From: Candidatus Shapirobacteria bacterium
GTDB taxonomy: Bacteria; Patescibacteriota; Microgenomatia; UBA12405
Reading direction: 5' to 3'
NCBI GenBank assembly: GCA_028709405.1
Contig: JAQVXB010000001.1
Span: 661-24,660, forward strand
Length of the DNA: 24,000 bases
Shown: piece by piece, positions 22,715-24,000 of the stretch
Layout of the letters: each line of letters begins with the position of its first letter
Position numbering within the stretch: the first letter of the stretch is position 1
The notes under the pieces: generated by a model
What the model saw: only the letters and a program-made list of their open reading frames with translations
What the model was told of the DNA's origin: nothing
Database searches by the model: none
Translations under genes and position numbers: made by a program

Positions 22715-23574
22715 ATATTATGAAATTTCGCCCACTATTTTTAATTATTTCTTCTATACTATTAATTTCTTCCTTATTATCAATCGTTTTTTGGGGATTT
22801 AAACCATCAATCGATTTTGTTGGTGGTGCTGTTTGGGAAATTGATTTTCCCTCTGCTCCAGAAAATTCTAAAATAGAGGAAATTTTTATTGCCAATAATA
22901 TTAAAAATCTGGTTATTAGTAAAAATGACACCAGATATAAATTAGAATTTAAAGATATTAGTTCCGATGAAAAAATAGCTCTAGATGAAGAAATTACAAA
23001 ATTAGACGAAGATTATCAAGAGTTAAAATTTGAAACATTAGGCCCAAGTTTAGGTAAAGAATTATTTCAAAAAACCATTATAGCTATCATTTTATCCTGT
23101 ACTGCCCTTCTTCTTTTTATTAGCTATCGTTTTAAAGATTTTCATTTCGGAATCTCTGCTATTATCGCTTTAATCCACGATAGTATTGTCCTAATTGGTA
23201 GTTTTTCCATTTTAGGCCATTTTTTTGGAGCTGAATTAAATTCTCTTTTTGTTACCGCCCTTTTAACCACTCTTTCTCTTTCGGTCTATGATACTGTTGT
23301 TATTTTTGATCGTATTAGGGAAATTAAGAATCAAAATTATAAATTAGACTGGAAAGAGATCACTAACAAATCTATTGTTGAATCTTTAACTAGATCAATT
23401 AATACATCTGCTACCACTATTTTTACTTTAGCCGCATTAGTAGTTCTTGGTGGAGAAACAACTCGTTGGTTTTCTACTGCTCTTTTAATTGGAATCACTT
23501 GTGGTACCTATTCTTCTATCGGAGTAGCCATTCCTTTGGTTTTATTTTTCAAAAAACATCAACAGAGAAAATAA
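22711..23574 (+). CDS. secF: Protein translocase subunit SecF
   Basis: 287 aa with SIDFVGG, FETLGPSLG and LSVYDTVVIFDRIRE. It has an ATGA overlap with secD. Confidence 0.9.
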   Translation: MNIMKFRPLFLIISSILLISSLLSIVFWGFKPSIDFVGGAVWEIDFPSAPENSKIEEIFIANNIKNLVISKNDTRYKLEFKDISSDEKIALDEEITKLDEDYQELKFETLGPSLGKELFQKTIIAIILSCTALLLFISYRFKDFHFGISAIIALIHDSIVLIGSFSILGHFFGAELNSLFVTALLTTLSLSVYDTVVIFDRIREIKNQNYKLDWKEITNKSIVESLTRSINTSATTIFTLAALVVLGGETTRWFSTALLIGITCGTYSSIGVAIPLVLFFKKHQQRK

Positions 23575-23576
23575 TT

Positions 23577-24000
23577 TTATTTATTTTCTTCAATTTTCTT
23601 CAACAAAATTTCTCTTTCGTTTAATTCCGGTTTTTCTTCTACCTCTTTAAAAATAGCTTCCAACACTTCTCCTACTTTTCGACTTGCTTTGATTTTTAAA
23701 ATATCCATTACGTCTTGCCCATTAATTTTTAAATCCTTAATCGAAAATGGTTGTTTTTGTACTTCCACAATTCTTTCTTTAAAAAGTTCCCATCGCCAAC
23801 TACTCTCTTTTGCTCCACTCCCCAGCCTATCAGCCCTTCTTAAAGCAATCATTTCATCAATATAGTCTAAAGTTACGTTTCGAATAAATCTTCTCACCGC
23901 TTTGTCAGTTTGAGTGGCCTCAGTAGTGAACATATGATATCTCACTAATTTAAATAACTGTTCCAACTCTTTGTTTGATAATCTTAATCTTTTACCAATA
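23577..24000 (-). CDS. cca: CCA-adding enzyme / poly(A) polymerase-family tRNA nucleotidyltransferase, C-terminal part (continues beyond window)
   Basis: The frame stays open to the window edge (...IGKRLRLSNKELEQLFKLVRYHMF...). RRADRLGSG...W and a C-terminal KDL.INGQDVM..L.I..S..VG..L block are typical of bacterial CCA enzymes. The track start at 23966 is only an internal TTG. Confidence 0.65.
   Translation of the reverse strand, partial: IGKRLRLSNKELEQLFKLVRYHMFTTEATQTDKAVRRFIRNVTLDYIDEMIALRRADRLGSGAKESSWRWELFKERIVEVQKQPFSIKDLKINGQDVMDILKIKASRKVGEVLEAIFKEVEEKPELNEREILLKKIEENK

Noticed and set aside
17873-22931. Track ORFs 17873-18079 (-), 20174-20374 (+), 22339-22599 (-), 22692-22931 (-)
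   Set aside because: They are embedded in or antisense to the permease, DUF3048, secD and secF genes. These are frame shadows.
23555-23600. Inverted repeat AGAAAATAA/TTATTTTCT spanning the convergent secF and cca stop codons, as a possible bidirectional terminator
   Set aside because: The stem is almost entirely A-T (one G-C pair) and is probably too weak. It cannot be distinguished from AT-rich background.
1-24000. Looked for CRISPR arrays, IS/transposase or integrase genes, rRNA, tmRNA/SRP RNA signatures, and UGA recoding
   Set aside because: I saw no regularly spaced repeats, and no transposase- or integrase-like ORFs in any frame of the track. The only structured RNAs found are tRNA-Pro and rnpB. 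All conserved genes are full-length under the standard code, so UGA is not reassigned.

Overview
This is a visibly AT-rich, very gene-dense bacterial window. It reads cleanly in the standard bacterial code: every conserved gene is intact with TAA, TAG or TGA as stops, so there is no sign of UGA recoding.

Layout:
- 1-8000 (+): distal ribosomal-protein supercluster, S8 (3' end)-L6-L18-S5-L15-SecY-Adk-IF1-L36-S13-S11-S4-RpoA-L17-L13-S9. There is no L30 gene between S5 and L15 and no map between adk and infA.
- 8.0-9.0 kb (-): a self-contained cassette of four small uncharacterised ORFs. Two have an N-terminal TM helix and three have strong Shine-Dalgarno sites. It is flanked by criss-crossed convergent terminators.
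- 9.2-11.1 kb: uppP (+), then a minus-strand fusion of a YhaM-type OB fold to a PolB-like DEDDy 3'-5' exonuclease, plus a doubtful small overlapping ORF.
- 11.14-11.28 kb: tRNA-Pro(GGG) without encoded CCA, followed by an exact 21-bp duplication of its own 3' end around a 33-bp hairpin-forming insert.
- 11.4-18.2 kb (+): recA-recX, rny, hup, ychF-miaA-AI-2E permease.
- 18.2-18.9 kb (-): an unusually small RNase P RNA (about 246 nt between the P1 ends) with its own promoter, and upstream of it a 57-aa ORF with a perfect SD. The ORF track misses both.
- 18.9-23.6 kb (+): DUF4446-DUF3048-wHTH regulator-AbrB/MazE-like protein-secD-secF.
- 23.6-24.0 kb (-): 3' part of a CCA-adding enzyme gene running off the window.

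The gene content (no L30, compact operons, many 1-17 nt gene overlaps, reduced RNase P RNA) suggests a reduced Patescibacteria/CPR-like genome. That is inference only. I saw no CRISPR array, rRNA, transposase or integrase gene.

Most noteworthy:
- the miniature rnpB and its antisense exposure
- the tRNA 3'-end duplication
- the orphan small-ORF cassette
- an (ATTTCCA)x4 heptamer repeat inside ychF
- the OB-exonuclease fusion
- a recurring -10-box-next-to-ATG (leaderless) pattern
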